IMG/VR virus record: IMGVR_UViG_3300024955_000001
Coordinates: 4,579 to 68,578 of that record
Reading direction: 5' to 3' (one strand)
Length of the DNA: 64,000 bases
Source: a virus
The notes beneath the pieces were generated by a model. That model made no database searches and was not told where the DNA came from. It worked only from the letters and a program-made list of their open reading frames with translations. Shown here in pieces: positions 49,719-59,442 of the stretch. The translations under genes and the position numbers were made by a program. Within the stretch, counting starts at the first letter, position 1. Every line of letters starts with the position of its first letter.

Positions 49719-49936
49719 TCCAGCTCGCCCTCGCATTCTTCGGGCTGACCGCCCTCTACATGGCCACGGGAAACAACGCGCGAGCCCGGCGCTGGGCGCC
49801 CATCGTAGGCCTGTGCGGGCAGCCTTTCTGGATCACCTTTGCGCTGCAGTCATCGGCCTGGGGCCTGCTGGCCCTATCCGTCGCCTACAGCGCTGTCTAT
49901 CTGCGTGGCGCCTGGGTGCAGTGGAAGAAGCCATGA
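49715..49936 (+). CDS. small membrane protein
   Basis: 73 aa with 2-3 hydrophobic helices. Confidence 0.5.
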   Translation: MIQLALAFFGLTALYMATGNNARARRWAPIVGLCGQPFWITFALQSSAWGLLALSVAYSAVYLRGAWVQWKKP

Positions 49937-50031
49937 AAACAGTCCTGCTCCTGGCCGCCGCCCTGTTCTTTTTCCACGCCGCTGCCCTGGCCTTCTACAT
50001 GGCCTGGGTTCACCAACCATTCATTCCGTGA
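49933..50031 (+). CDS. 32-aa single-TM micro-ORF
   Basis: MKTVLLLAAALFFFHAAALAFYMAWVHQPFIP. ATGA overlap with the upstream gene. Confidence 0.35.
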   Translation: MKTVLLLAAALFFFHAAALAFYMAWVHQPFIP

Positions 50032-50038
50032 GGTTCAC

Positions 50039-50878
50039 ATGAACGATGCCGCAACTGCAACCGCCGATGGGCTGACATTGACGCCCCTTGAAACGCATCC
50101 GACCCCCGTGCAGCAACGCTCCACCGAGGTGACCCGCTCTGATTCTTCGGCGCTGACGCAGGCCATCATTTCCGCAGCACACGACCCCAGTGTGAACATA
50201 GAGAAGATGGAGAGGCTGCTCGGAATGCACGAGCACATCGCAGCTCGGGATGCTGAGCAGCAATTCAACGCGGCCATGGCCGCAGCCCAAAGCCGCATGG
50301 GCCGTGTGTCTGCAGATGCCGTCAACCCGCAGACCCGCAGCCTTTACGCCTCCTATGCACAGCTGGACCGCCACATCCGGCCGATCTACACAAGCCATGG
50401 GTTTGCCTTGAGCTTTGACCAGGCCGATGGAGCGCCTGACGGTCATATCCGGGTGCTTTGCTATGTGTCGCACATCGCCGGTCATACCCGCACTTACCGG
50501 TGCGACATACCTGCAGATGGCAAGGGAGCCAAGGGCGGCGACGTGATGACCAAAACGCACGCCGTGGGCTCAGGCAAGACCTACGCCAAACGCTACTTGC
50601 TCAAAGACATCTTCAACGTGGCCGTTGGCGAGGACGACGACGACGGGAACAGCGCTGGCAACGGCCAGGGGCCCGAAAAAACGATGCTGGAGCAGTGGAC
50701 CGAGAAGGTCAAATCCACCAAGACGCGCGCAGTGCTCACCGACGTGATGCGCCAAGCCCGAAAGACCTTCCAGGATGCGAAGGACTTTGAGGGCTACCAG
50801 TCGCTGATGCAAATCATCACCCAGCACGGCAACAGCCTGCCCGCTGACCCGCAACAGACGCGACGTGCCCATGCGTGA
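50039..50878 (+). CDS. ERF-family single-strand annealing protein
   Basis: 279 aa. LYASYAQLDRHIRPIYTSHGFAL...SGKTYAKRYLLKDIFNVAVGEDDDDGN matches the ERF superfamily signature. Confidence 0.65.
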   Translation: MNDAATATADGLTLTPLETHPTPVQQRSTEVTRSDSSALTQAIISAAHDPSVNIEKMERLLGMHEHIAARDAEQQFNAAMAAAQSRMGRVSADAVNPQTRSLYASYAQLDRHIRPIYTSHGFALSFDQADGAPDGHIRVLCYVSHIAGHTRTYRCDIPADGKGAKGGDVMTKTHAVGSGKTYAKRYLLKDIFNVAVGEDDDDGNSAGNGQGPEKTMLEQWTEKVKSTKTRAVLTDVMRQARKTFQDAKDFEGYQSLMQIITQHGNSLPADPQQTRRAHA

Positions 50879-51605
50879 CATTCGTTTCCGCTGCTCCAGC
50901 CTGGGTCACCTGATGACGGAGCCGCGCACCAGGGCCGAGGGCGATCTGTCCATGGGCGCGCGCTCCTACATCCGCCAGCTGGTCAAGGAAGAACTGTTCA
51001 GCGTGGAGTTTGAGGTGTCCAGCAAGGAAACCGACAAGGGCATTGCGGTGGAGAACACCGCCATCGCCCTGCTGAACAAGGTGCGCGGCCTGAATCTGGC
51101 GAAGAACACCGAGCGCCGCCGCAACGAGTGGATCACCGGCGAGTGCGACCTGTTCGACGCTCCCCGGCGCCGTGGGCACGACATCAAAGCACCATGGTCC
51201 CTCAAGACCTTCCCGGCATGGACCGTTGACGCCATCGACCCGCTCTACGACTGGCAAATGCGCGGCTACATGATGCTCTGGGATGCCGACGAGTGGGAAG
51301 TGAACTACGTGATGGTGAACACCCCGCACGAGCTGATCCGCAACGAGCCCATGGATCAGCACCTGGTTGACCACATCCCGCCACAGCACCGATTGACCAC
51401 CTGGGTCATTGAACGCGACTTCCAGAAGGAATCGCTCATCCGCCACCGCTGTGAGGCTGCCAGCGCGTACTACGAGCAGCTGATCCGCGAGTTTGACGAC
51501 ACACACCGCATGGACGTGATCGACGTTCAGGCCAAGGTTGTCACCCCACCCCCACAACTTTCCAGCACAGCCGCCTCGCGCGTGCTGCTGCCAACCCTTT
51601 TCTGA
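50871..51605 (+). CDS. PD-(D/E)xK recombination exonuclease (YqaJ/lambda Exo-like)
   Basis: ATG 50871 (MRDIRF). 244 aa. RCSSLGHLMT...GIAVEN...GHDIKAPWS motifs. Partner of ERF. Confidence 0.55.
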   Translation: MRDIRFRCSSLGHLMTEPRTRAEGDLSMGARSYIRQLVKEELFSVEFEVSSKETDKGIAVENTAIALLNKVRGLNLAKNTERRRNEWITGECDLFDAPRRRGHDIKAPWSLKTFPAWTVDAIDPLYDWQMRGYMMLWDADEWEVNYVMVNTPHELIRNEPMDQHLVDHIPPQHRLTTWVIERDFQKESLIRHRCEAASAYYEQLIREFDDTHRMDVIDVQAKVVTPPPQLSSTAASRVLLPTLF

Positions 51606-51614
51606 GGAGATTTC

Positions 51615-52724
51615 ATGACTGAAACCGCAACCCCCACCACCGCCGTGGCGCAACAGCAGGCCACCAACATCGCGGCCAAGCCTATGTCCATCAAGGACAC
51701 GGTGCTGGCCCAGTTCAAGGACACCGAGGCAGGGCTGACCGCCATGGCGGAGAAGTACCGCGACGTGGTTTACAGCGTAGCCGACTCAAAGGGCATGGCC
51801 GACGCTAAGGCGGCCCGCGCGGATCTGCGCGACAACGGCCGGCGCATGCTGACCCGCACCGAGGCCTCCGTGAAAGCGGACGTGAACGAACTCAAGAAGG
51901 TGATGGGCGACGAAGTGGAGCGCCTGATCGCCATCGTGAAGCCGGTCGAAGATGCCATTGATGCCCAGATCAAGGCCGAGGAAAAGCGCAAGGCCGATGA
52001 GAAGGCCGAGCGCGACCGCGAGGAGGCCGAGCGTGTCGGCGCCCATCGCGCCAACATCGAACAGCTCAAGGCCTACGTGGAGCAGGCCGAGGGCCAGCCG
52101 GTGGAAGTGATCGAGAACGCCATTGCCACCCTGGGCGCAATGACCTTTGGCGAGGAATGGGAGGAATTCGCCAAGGAAGCCGAGGCAGCATGCCTCGCCA
52201 CCGTGCAGCGCCTGCTGGCCATGGTCGAGAGCGAAAAGACCCGTATCGAAAACGCCCGCCTGCAAAAAGAACTTGAAGAAGCCCGCGCCAAGCTGGCCGC
52301 CCAGGCACCCGCGCCAGCCCCTGCCCCGGTGGAGCCACCCGCAGCAGCACCAGCCGCGGATTACACGGCGTTCGAGGTAGAGCCATGGGGTGGGCCCACC
52401 GCAGATCAGATAGTGCAGCCTGCGGCCGAGCAAGTTGACCCGCTCGCCCCGGCCCGCCAGCGCGTGAGCAGTTGGGCCGCCGCCCGCAACGCCCCCGCGC
52501 CCGCGCCTGTTCAGGAAGCAGCAGCTCCCGGCCTCAAGCTGGGCACGATCAATGAGCGCCTGGGCGGCGCCATCACCACCAGCGCCGAGGGCTTGCGCAT
52601 CCTGGGCTTTGAACCTGCTGGCAAGGTGGGCGCCCATGGCGTGTACCGCGAGGCCGATTTCCCTCTGATCCTGGCCGCCATGGTGCGCCACATCGAGGCC
52701 GTGCAGGCTAAGGCAGCCGCGTAA
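51615..52724 (+). CDS. coiled-coil hypothetical protein
   Basis: 369 aa. GAGGAG RBS. Long K/E/A-rich helix. Confidence 0.55.
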   Translation: MTETATPTTAVAQQQATNIAAKPMSIKDTVLAQFKDTEAGLTAMAEKYRDVVYSVADSKGMADAKAARADLRDNGRRMLTRTEASVKADVNELKKVMGDEVERLIAIVKPVEDAIDAQIKAEEKRKADEKAERDREEAERVGAHRANIEQLKAYVEQAEGQPVEVIENAIATLGAMTFGEEWEEFAKEAEAACLATVQRLLAMVESEKTRIENARLQKELEEARAKLAAQAPAPAPAPVEPPAAAPAADYTAFEVEPWGGPTADQIVQPAAEQVDPLAPARQRVSSWAAARNAPAPAPVQEAAAPGLKLGTINERLGGAITTSAEGLRILGFEPAGKVGAHGVYREADFPLILAAMVRHIEAVQAKAAA

Positions 52725-52774
52725 CTATCCCGGGACCGATCCAGACCTTTCACTCCAGCACCCAACACCACCAA

Positions 52775-52797
52775 AGCCCGCCGCGTGCGGGCTTTCT
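52775..52797 (+). terminator. terminator-like hairpin (weak T tract)
   Basis: agcccgc-cgcgt-gcgggct then ttct. Same stem as the 48058 terminator. Confidence 0.45.
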
Positions 52798-52816
52798 CAT
52801 GCCCCAAGGAGCATCC

Positions 52817-53101
52817 ATGAGCGACACGACTGACCCGAACAAGCCCGGTGTGCACCGCGCTACCAAAGAAATCAAGACTGGCGGCGCAGGCGATCTGGCT
52901 GACAAGGTCATTGACCTGATGAACGAGTGCTCTGACGCACATGGCGTATTCACCGCTCTCTACGGCGTGCTGTATGCCGCTGGCTCTGCAATGGCTTGCG
53001 CTGGTGTAGCCCTGGATGAGCGGATAGACCTGCGCCAGCAGTTGAACCCTTTGTTCTCTGGTTACGACGACCAGCGCGCAAGCCGGGCCAAGAAACACTG
53101 A
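52817..53101 (+). CDS. hypothetical protein
   Basis: ATG 52817 after AAGGAG. 94 aa. Confidence 0.5.
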   Translation: MSDTTDPNKPGVHRATKEIKTGGAGDLADKVIDLMNECSDAHGVFTALYGVLYAAGSAMACAGVALDERIDLRQQLNPLFSGYDDQRASRAKKH

Positions 53102-53116
53102 TCTCACCACCCCACC

Positions 53117-53142
53117 GGCCCGCCCTCTGCGGGTCTTTTTTT
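53117..53142 (+). terminator. intrinsic terminator
   Basis: ggcccgc-cctct-gcgggtc + T7. Confidence 0.7.
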
Positions 53143-53164
53143 GCCTATCTCAAGGAGAACCTCA

Positions 53165-53656
53165 ATGTCCGCAACCTCTACCCGCCCTCCCATGAGCGCC
53201 ATGCTGGCAGCCCTGCTGCTGGCAGACATCATCGCCTCCATTCCCGACACCGCCCCTGGTGCCGATGGTCTTCCCCCTGGCCTCAAGGAACTGCTGTCAG
53301 CCAAGTGCGATGACCCCACCTGCGACGCCTGCCACCCGACCACGGCGGGCGAGCAGAAGGTGAATGCCGCCGCTGAAGCGGCAGAAGAAACCGAGCACCG
53401 ACACGTCAGCGCCGCTGTCGAGATCCCGCCCGATGTGGCCGAGCTGGTGGGCATGGCCAAGCCCGGCTTCGACCCTGACAGCCTGGAAGGCCACACCCGC
53501 CTGCTGGCAGCCGCTTTCATCATCAACGTGCGCAAGTTGGGCGAGCAGCCGGTGAACACCTTCCCCAAGGCCGCCGCCACCATGAGCGGCATCCGCTACG
53601 TGGAGAACACCGTTCTCGCCGCGCTGTCCACCTTCGCCACCCTGGCAGGCAAGTAA
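53165..53656 (+). CDS. hypothetical protein
   Basis: ATG 53165 after AAGGAG. 163 aa. Confidence 0.5.
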   Translation: MSATSTRPPMSAMLAALLLADIIASIPDTAPGADGLPPGLKELLSAKCDDPTCDACHPTTAGEQKVNAAAEAAEETEHRHVSAAVEIPPDVAELVGMAKPGFDPDSLEGHTRLLAAAFIINVRKLGEQPVNTFPKAAATMSGIRYVENTVLAALSTFATLAGK

Positions 53657-53685
53657 GCCCTCGCCGCCGCCCCATTCCCGCAACC

Positions 53686-53713
53686 GGCCCGCCACTGTGC
53701 GGGCCATTTTTTT
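53686..53713 (+). terminator. intrinsic terminator
   Basis: ggcccgc-cactgt-gcgggcc + aTTTTTTT. Confidence 0.7.
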
Positions 53714-53723
53714 GGAGTGACCC

Positions 53724-54140
53724 ATGAGTACCACACTCAAATCGCCCACGCTGCAGACCAAGCGCAAGCCGTTCACCGACTTCTTCAAGCAGCTGGATTT
53801 CGGCAACCTGGAGCAGGAAGCCACCGACGCGCTGCAGGACATCGTGCACGCGGCCACGCAGACCGGCAAAGCTGGTGAGCTGACCATCAAAGTCAAGCTG
53901 AAACCCATCGGCACCACCGGCCAGGTGGAGCTGGAGGCCGATGTGAAGGCCAAAGTACCGCAGCCCACGCGCGGCAAGACCCTCATGTTCGCCACGCCTG
54001 ACAACAACCTGCAGCGCGAGAACCCCCGCCAAACCACGCTGGACGGCCTGCGCACCGCCGACCAGGAAGCCGCCGCTCGAACCGAGCTGCGCACGGCGCC
54101 CGCCGCCGACGACGCGCAACCCCTGCGCGCCGTCCACTGA
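53724..54140 (+). CDS. hypothetical protein
   Basis: 138 aa. GGAG RBS. Confidence 0.5.
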   Translation: MSTTLKSPTLQTKRKPFTDFFKQLDFGNLEQEATDALQDIVHAATQTGKAGELTIKVKLKPIGTTGQVELEADVKAKVPQPTRGKTLMFATPDNNLQRENPRQTTLDGLRTADQEAAARTELRTAPAADDAQPLRAVH

Positions 54141-54179
54141 TCCCCATTCCATCAACCCGTTCCAACCAGGAGAAAACCC

Positions 54180-54986
54180 ATGGGACAACAAGAGAAAACT
54201 GAAACCGAAGCCCGCGACGAGCTGGCCGCGTGCAATCAGGGCGGCTACCAGTTTGCTGGCACCCCCGGATTCATCCTGCCCGAGGGCTATGAATTCAAGG
54301 AGCTGTCTCACCTGCTCCCAGCGCCGACCCGCAAAAAGGGCACCACCACGCTGAACGACGCAGAGAGCTTCATCGCCGTGGTCAACGACCAAAAGGCGGA
54401 AAGCAGAACGCGCCTGTTCAGCACCATCGACCCGCCAACCTTCACCGCCGTGTTCAACCACATCGGCGCCGAAGCCGGTTGGGGCGACCACCGTGCGCGC
54501 TACAACGCGCCGCTGTCGCCCGAGTGGAAGGCATGGAACGGCATGAACGGCGTTCACAAGTCCCAGGTGGAGCTGGCCCAGTTCATCGAAAACAACCTGG
54601 TGGACGTGGTGAACCCGGACGGCGCCACCCTGCTGGAAATCTGCCGCACCCTGGAAGCCAAGAAGAAGGTGAACTTCGCCAGCGCCATCCGCCTGTCGGA
54701 CGGCTCGCACCAGTTCACCTACGAGGAAGACGTTCAGGGCACCGCGCAGAAGGGTCAGCTCAAGGTGCCCGAGGAATTCATCATCGGCATCCCGGTGTTT
54801 GAAAACGGCGCCAAGTGGCAGCTGAATGTGCGCCTGCGCTACCGCATTCAAGACGGTGGCCGCCTGACCATGTGGATCGAACTGATCCGCCCGCACAAGA
54901 CCATCGAGGCCGCCGTGGCAGAGCTGCGCAAGCAGATCGCTGACGAAACCAAGCTGCCGATCCTCAACGGCACCCCCAACACCTAA
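54180..54986 (+). CDS. DUF2303 (YfdQ-like) protein
   Basis: 268 aa. Overall pattern (FILPEGYEFKEL...FTAVFNH...WGDHRA...SPEWKAW) matches prophage YfdQ-family proteins that accompany recombination modules. Confidence 0.5.
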   Translation: MGQQEKTETEARDELAACNQGGYQFAGTPGFILPEGYEFKELSHLLPAPTRKKGTTTLNDAESFIAVVNDQKAESRTRLFSTIDPPTFTAVFNHIGAEAGWGDHRARYNAPLSPEWKAWNGMNGVHKSQVELAQFIENNLVDVVNPDGATLLEICRTLEAKKKVNFASAIRLSDGSHQFTYEEDVQGTAQKGQLKVPEEFIIGIPVFENGAKWQLNVRLRYRIQDGGRLTMWIELIRPHKTIEAAVAELRKQIADETKLPILNGTPNT

Positions 54987-55072
54987 ACCCCAAGCCCCGC
55001 CCGCCACCCGCGGGCAGGCCGGGCCATGAGCACAGGGCGCGCGGCGCTCTGTCCTGATTGCCTGGAGAACCC

Positions 55073-55663
55073 ATGGAACGACGACAGAGAGACATCCACA
55101 CCATGGCCGAGCAAGCCGGCCTTTCCCCCGTGCGCTACGAGCGCAAAGCCAACCGGGCCACGCTGCTGTGCCTGGCAGAGAACGGCGCGGAGCGCGTTTT
55201 CAGCATCAGCATGGGCACACGCAGCGACGCACGCGGCGACTTGAACGAGCTGAGCGCCATGAAGCGCTTCGCCCGCGAAAACGCCCTGCCATTGCCCGTC
55301 ACCACCAATCGAACCACCCCCAAACCCGACGCCATCACCATGACCAAAACCACCGCCCAAGCCGCGCTCGATCCCGTTGCCTTCTACCGCGCCTGCGAAT
55401 GGCTCAAAGGCCAAAAAATGTCCGCGTTCTCCAGCCTGGAAGGGCTGACGTTGCAGGCCGCGCAGCATGTCGGTACCGCTGTGACCGAGGCAGACATGAA
55501 GCTGGTGATGACCACTCTGAACGTGCAGGAGCCAGCGCTCTGGCACGAACCCAAAGACCCACAGGCCATCCTCGTGCGCGAGCTGTCCACGATCATGAAG
55601 AAGCTGGGCGAGACACCCTCCCCCGCCTTCGACCGATTGGCTGCGAGCCTGCTGCGGGTATGA
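55073..55663 (+). CDS. hypothetical protein
   Basis: ATG 55073, 5 nt after GGAG. 196 aa. Confidence 0.5.
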   Translation: MERRQRDIHTMAEQAGLSPVRYERKANRATLLCLAENGAERVFSISMGTRSDARGDLNELSAMKRFARENALPLPVTTNRTTPKPDAITMTKTTAQAALDPVAFYRACEWLKGQKMSAFSSLEGLTLQAAQHVGTAVTEADMKLVMTTLNVQEPALWHEPKDPQAILVRELSTIMKKLGETPSPAFDRLAASLLRV

Positions 55664-56310
55664 GCCGCCCCGATCACTACGCCACGCTGGGCGTGGCACC
55701 TGATGCCAGCTTGGACGACATCAAGCGGGCATACCGCCGCGCCGCGCGCCACGCACACCCAGACCGTGGCGGAAGCCATGAGCGCATGCAGGCCCTGAAC
55801 GCAGCCAAGGACGTTCTGACCGACCCCGCCCGGCGCGCACGGTACGACGCCGGGGAAGACGGCCAGGCCACAACCGAGGAAGAAGGCGCCCGAGAGCTGA
55901 TCCGCAAACTGTTCGCGGAGGCGGTGGACATCAACAAGGATGACCCTGTGGAAGGTGTGCGCGAAGCGCTGCAGGCCGGCCGCGCCGGTGCCGCTATGAA
56001 GACCTCCATAGCACGCCAGTCCATCAGGCGCCTTGAGGCCCAGCGCGACCGCGTGAAGCCCAAGACCGAGCGCAACGTGTACCTGGACGTGATCGAGTCG
56101 CGCATCGCAGGTGAGCGCGCCCTGATCGCCGCCATGGAAGCCACGGAGCGCACGGCCAAGCTGGCGCTTGAAATTCTGGCCGCCGAATACGAGCGCGGGA
56201 CGGGCGTGGAACGCACTCAGCGCATGTACCCCGACACACCACGCAGTCACTTTGCCGATGCCCTTGGCTACAGCTTCTTGGGCCGCGAACAGACACGGAG
56301 AGGATTCTGA
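55660..56310 (+). CDS. J-domain (DnaJ-like) co-chaperone protein
   Basis: ATG 55660 (ATGA overlap). DHYATLGVAPDASLDDIKRAYRRAARHAHPDRGGSHERMQALNAAKDVLTDPARRARYD contains the HPD tripeptide. 216 aa. Confidence 0.8.
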   Translation: MSRPDHYATLGVAPDASLDDIKRAYRRAARHAHPDRGGSHERMQALNAAKDVLTDPARRARYDAGEDGQATTEEEGARELIRKLFAEAVDINKDDPVEGVREALQAGRAGAAMKTSIARQSIRRLEAQRDRVKPKTERNVYLDVIESRIAGERALIAAMEATERTAKLALEILAAEYERGTGVERTQRMYPDTPRSHFADALGYSFLGREQTRRGF

Positions 56311-57440
56311 TGACCACCACAACGAACCATGATCTGGCCCAGCGCCTGCGCGACGCCTGCACATCGGTGCGCGCCAAGAGCTACCCACTGGCCGACCTGA
56401 TTCCGCTGATGCAGCAGGCGGCCGATGCACTATCGCGGCCAGTGATCAAACTGGGGGCAGCTCCCGACGAACTGCCGGAGCACGTCACCGATGCGGTGGC
56501 GACCGCCCTGGGCGATGCCTACGACTGCACGCGCGTCTGGCAAGCGTGGAGCCACGGCACCATGAGCAGCGATGACTTCCGCCTAGTAGCGGAGGATGGT
56601 GAGCGAGTGGCGGAAATTGCCAAAGCTGCCATCGACGCAGACCGCACAGCGCGGGCAATGCCCAGCGAGGGCGTGGTGCGCGCGCTCTGGATTGCCTATG
56701 GTGGCGAGTTCCATGGCCCGACCATTGAAACAGGCACCATGCCCGAGGCGAAGCTGCTGCCGTTCCTGCAGTCGCTGGCGGCCAACGCGGGCGGTACGAC
56801 CGGGGCCGAGCTGCAGCTGCTGCACACCCTGCTCTATACGGCGCAGCGCTGTACCGGAGAGGTGCAAAAGCAGGCGATCAACGACGCCAGGATCGTACTG
56901 GCGCGCATGCGTGCCGGGCATGGAGGCTCTGCGGTTTGCGCGACCTGCAACGACAACGGCATGATCGGTGGTCCGAGCTACCACCAGCCGGACGAAGGCG
57001 GCGTACCCTGCCCCGAATGCTCCACCCAGGCAGCCCCAACAGAGCAGCAGGCCTACGACATGGGCGCGAAGGGCGCCCCGGCCACGGACGCCGAGCGCCT
57101 GCTTTTTGAGGCATGGATGCGTGGGCACTGCTGGGCTCTGTGCGCAACGTGGGATGGGAAGGGCTATCGGAGCGATGCTGAGCAAGGCGGCAACATCGAC
57201 CCACGGGCAATGAACACGCGCCAACTTTGGGCCGCATGGCGCGACCGTGCAGCGCTCGCCGCCCCACAACAGCCTGCAGTAGCAGCGGGGCGTGAGCAGA
57301 TTGCAGAAGCCGCATTGTGCAAGGTGCTGGCTGCGGTGCAGCGCTACCTGCCACCAGACGGCCCGAATGCCAACGACACGCTGTCCGAAATCATCGAAAT
57401 CGTTGACCCCTGGCCGCTGGGCCCTCTGGAGAAATCATGA
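56310..57440 (+). CDS. hypothetical protein with CxxC...CxxC zinc knuckle
   Basis: 376 aa. TGATG overlap with the J-domain gene. CATCNDNGMIGGPSYHQPDEGGVPCPEC. Confidence 0.55.
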   Translation: MTTTTNHDLAQRLRDACTSVRAKSYPLADLIPLMQQAADALSRPVIKLGAAPDELPEHVTDAVATALGDAYDCTRVWQAWSHGTMSSDDFRLVAEDGERVAEIAKAAIDADRTARAMPSEGVVRALWIAYGGEFHGPTIETGTMPEAKLLPFLQSLAANAGGTTGAELQLLHTLLYTAQRCTGEVQKQAINDARIVLARMRAGHGGSAVCATCNDNGMIGGPSYHQPDEGGVPCPECSTQAAPTEQQAYDMGAKGAPATDAERLLFEAWMRGHCWALCATWDGKGYRSDAEQGGNIDPRAMNTRQLWAAWRDRAALAAPQQPAVAAGREQIAEAALCKVLAAVQRYLPPDGPNANDTLSEIIEIVDPWPLGPLEKS

Positions 57441-57697
57441 GTACCAAGACCATTCCAGCGCAAACCATCAAGACCTGCGACCGCTGCGGCGTCACGATGG
57501 ATCGGGGCAACTCTCGCCAAGAGGGGAAGCTAACGCTCAATGCCCACGCGCTGGACATGCACGGTCATGCCTGCGCCGACGCAACACGCAAGTTCGATCT
57601 GTGTGATTCGTGCCTGTACAGCGTTGCAAAGGCAATCGACTCGGCCATGAAGCCCCTCCCCCCTGCTTCATCTACTGAGGGAGAGCGGAATGGGTGA
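57437..57697 (+). CDS. zinc-ribbon hypothetical protein
   Basis: 86 aa. CDRCG...CDSC. Confidence 0.5.
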   Translation: MSTKTIPAQTIKTCDRCGVTMDRGNSRQEGKLTLNAHALDMHGHACADATRKFDLCDSCLYSVAKAIDSAMKPLPPASSTEGERNG

Positions 57698-57995
57698 ACT
57701 CAAGGACAACGAGAAGGCCTACGACGAAGAAATCGCCCCGGCCCTGCTCGCGCTTGGCAAGCGCTGCGAGGAACTTGGGATGCCGTTTTTAGCTGTCGCT
57801 GAGTGGGCGCCTGGTCAGATCGGGCGCACCGAAGCGTCACCGCCAGAAACAGGCCTCGCTTTCAGAATCATCCAGTACGCAGCCCGCGCGACCCCCAACT
57901 TCGACAGCTTGGCGATCAACCTGATCCGCTACTGCCGCACCAACAACATCGACACCAGCGCGAGCATGTTTCTGTCTCGCTTTTCCAAGGATTGA
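57690..57995 (+). CDS. hypothetical protein
   Basis: 101 aa. Confidence 0.5.
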   Translation: MGELKDNEKAYDEEIAPALLALGKRCEELGMPFLAVAEWAPGQIGRTEASPPETGLAFRIIQYAARATPNFDSLAINLIRYCRTNNIDTSASMFLSRFSKD

Positions 57996-57998
57996 GCC

Positions 57999-58739
57999 AT
58001 GACCAACACCACCGTATCGGCAGAACTGCCGGAAGCGCTGCGACTGGCTGATGCTATTGACCCGTTCGTGCGCAAAGAAAGACCTGACCATCTGACTTCC
58101 AAGGTTGCGGCAGACGAACTGCGCCGCCTCCACGCCCAGGTCGAGGCACTCAGCGCAGCGCAGGCAGGGGTGCCTAGCGATGCGATGGTGGAAGCCTACC
58201 TGCAGGCCCAGCGGCGCGCATGCGAAGAAGCCGACCGTTATTGGGGTGGTCCGAGCATTGGCGCCCTACACACCAACACCGTGCGCGATGCGTGCCGTGC
58301 TGGCCTGAAAGCCGCGCTCGCCGCAGCACCCCAGCCCAGCCCATCCCCTGCGCCAGCCCAGCCGGGGCAGGAGGGGGAGCGCGACTACCCGCCGCTGCCT
58401 GAGCCTGACCTCGGCATGCCATGGCGCGTGAATGCAAAGTCCGATGGCGCTGCGCATTCCTCTGGCTTCACATACACCCAGATGCGCGCCTACGTTGACG
58501 CCGACCGCGCAGCCCGTGCCGCACCACAGCCAGCAACGGCAGATGCGGTGGATGCGCGAATCACTGCAATTGAGCAGGCAATCCGCGACTACCACTATGC
58601 GCTGGACACTCGGCAGCATGGCGGCGTGGCGCAGGATCGGGCGTTCAACGCGATCAGCAACGCCATGGGCATGCACTGGACGCAGGGCGAGGAATCGGCG
58701 CGCCGCGCCCTGTCCGCGCAACCCGGAGGCACGTCATGA
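57999..58739 (+). CDS. hypothetical protein (Ea22/ead-like style)
   Basis: 246 aa. Confidence 0.5.
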   Translation: MTNTTVSAELPEALRLADAIDPFVRKERPDHLTSKVAADELRRLHAQVEALSAAQAGVPSDAMVEAYLQAQRRACEEADRYWGGPSIGALHTNTVRDACRAGLKAALAAAPQPSPSPAPAQPGQEGERDYPPLPEPDLGMPWRVNAKSDGAAHSSGFTYTQMRAYVDADRAARAAPQPATADAVDARITAIEQAIRDYHYALDTRQHGGVAQDRAFNAISNAMGMHWTQGEESARRALSAQPGGTS

Positions 58740-59323
58740 GCGAGCAAGGCGAACTGCTGGAACTGGTGCACACACCGATCCGCCCGCCGCGCGCTGGCAC
58801 ACCAGGAGAGGGTATCTATCTGCAGCTATGGCAGGACTACATGGCCGCCGATCCAAACCGCCTGCACACCATCCTCTGGAGCACGGGCAGTAGTGTTGGC
58901 CAGCGCGAGGCCTCGGTGTGCGCGTCGTTCATGACTTTCATGGGATGCAACTGCGGGAGCGGCTTCACGCACGCTGCCGAGCAGATGCTGACTATCGGCG
59001 TTCAGAGCAGTCCATCGACCAGCGCCGAAGGGCGTTTCCTGATGGCCTGGGCGCTGGAAAACAGGCGCCATCGCGGTGTCGATGGTGGCATCCGCACCAT
59101 CGAGGCAATGCTGGCGAAGTCTGATGCTTTCGTGTCCACGTCCTTTGACCGCCGAGTGGATTGGGATGCGTTCTCTGACATCACCACCACCGACTACGAC
59201 ACCGTGGAATGCATGGTTGCCTGGTGGGCTTGCCGTGACGCCACAGAAATGCGTTCCATCGCCAAGCCAATGATCGAGGCCGAGAACAAACGGATTCAGA
59301 GCCGTCTTTTCAAGCATCAATAA
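58736..59323 (+). CDS. hypothetical protein
   Basis: 195 aa. ATGA overlap. Confidence 0.5.
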   Translation: MSEQGELLELVHTPIRPPRAGTPGEGIYLQLWQDYMAADPNRLHTILWSTGSSVGQREASVCASFMTFMGCNCGSGFTHAAEQMLTIGVQSSPSTSAEGRFLMAWALENRRHRGVDGGIRTIEAMLAKSDAFVSTSFDRRVDWDAFSDITTTDYDTVECMVAWWACRDATEMRSIAKPMIEAENKRIQSRLFKHQ

Positions 59324-59346
59324 ACCGCTCAACACGAGGACCACCA

Positions 59347-59442
59347 ATGTCCATTGAACTTGTGCAAGCAATCGGCACGTACATCGTCAGTCCTATCTGC
59401 GGGCTGGTGGCTCTTGCAATCATCTTTTGGAGTCTCAAATGA
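59347..59442 (+). CDS. 31-aa single-TM micro-ORF
   Basis: MSIELVQAIGTYIVSPICGLVALAIIFWSLK. Its stop overlaps the next ATG (ATGA). Confidence 0.35.
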   Translation: MSIELVQAIGTYIVSPICGLVALAIIFWSLK

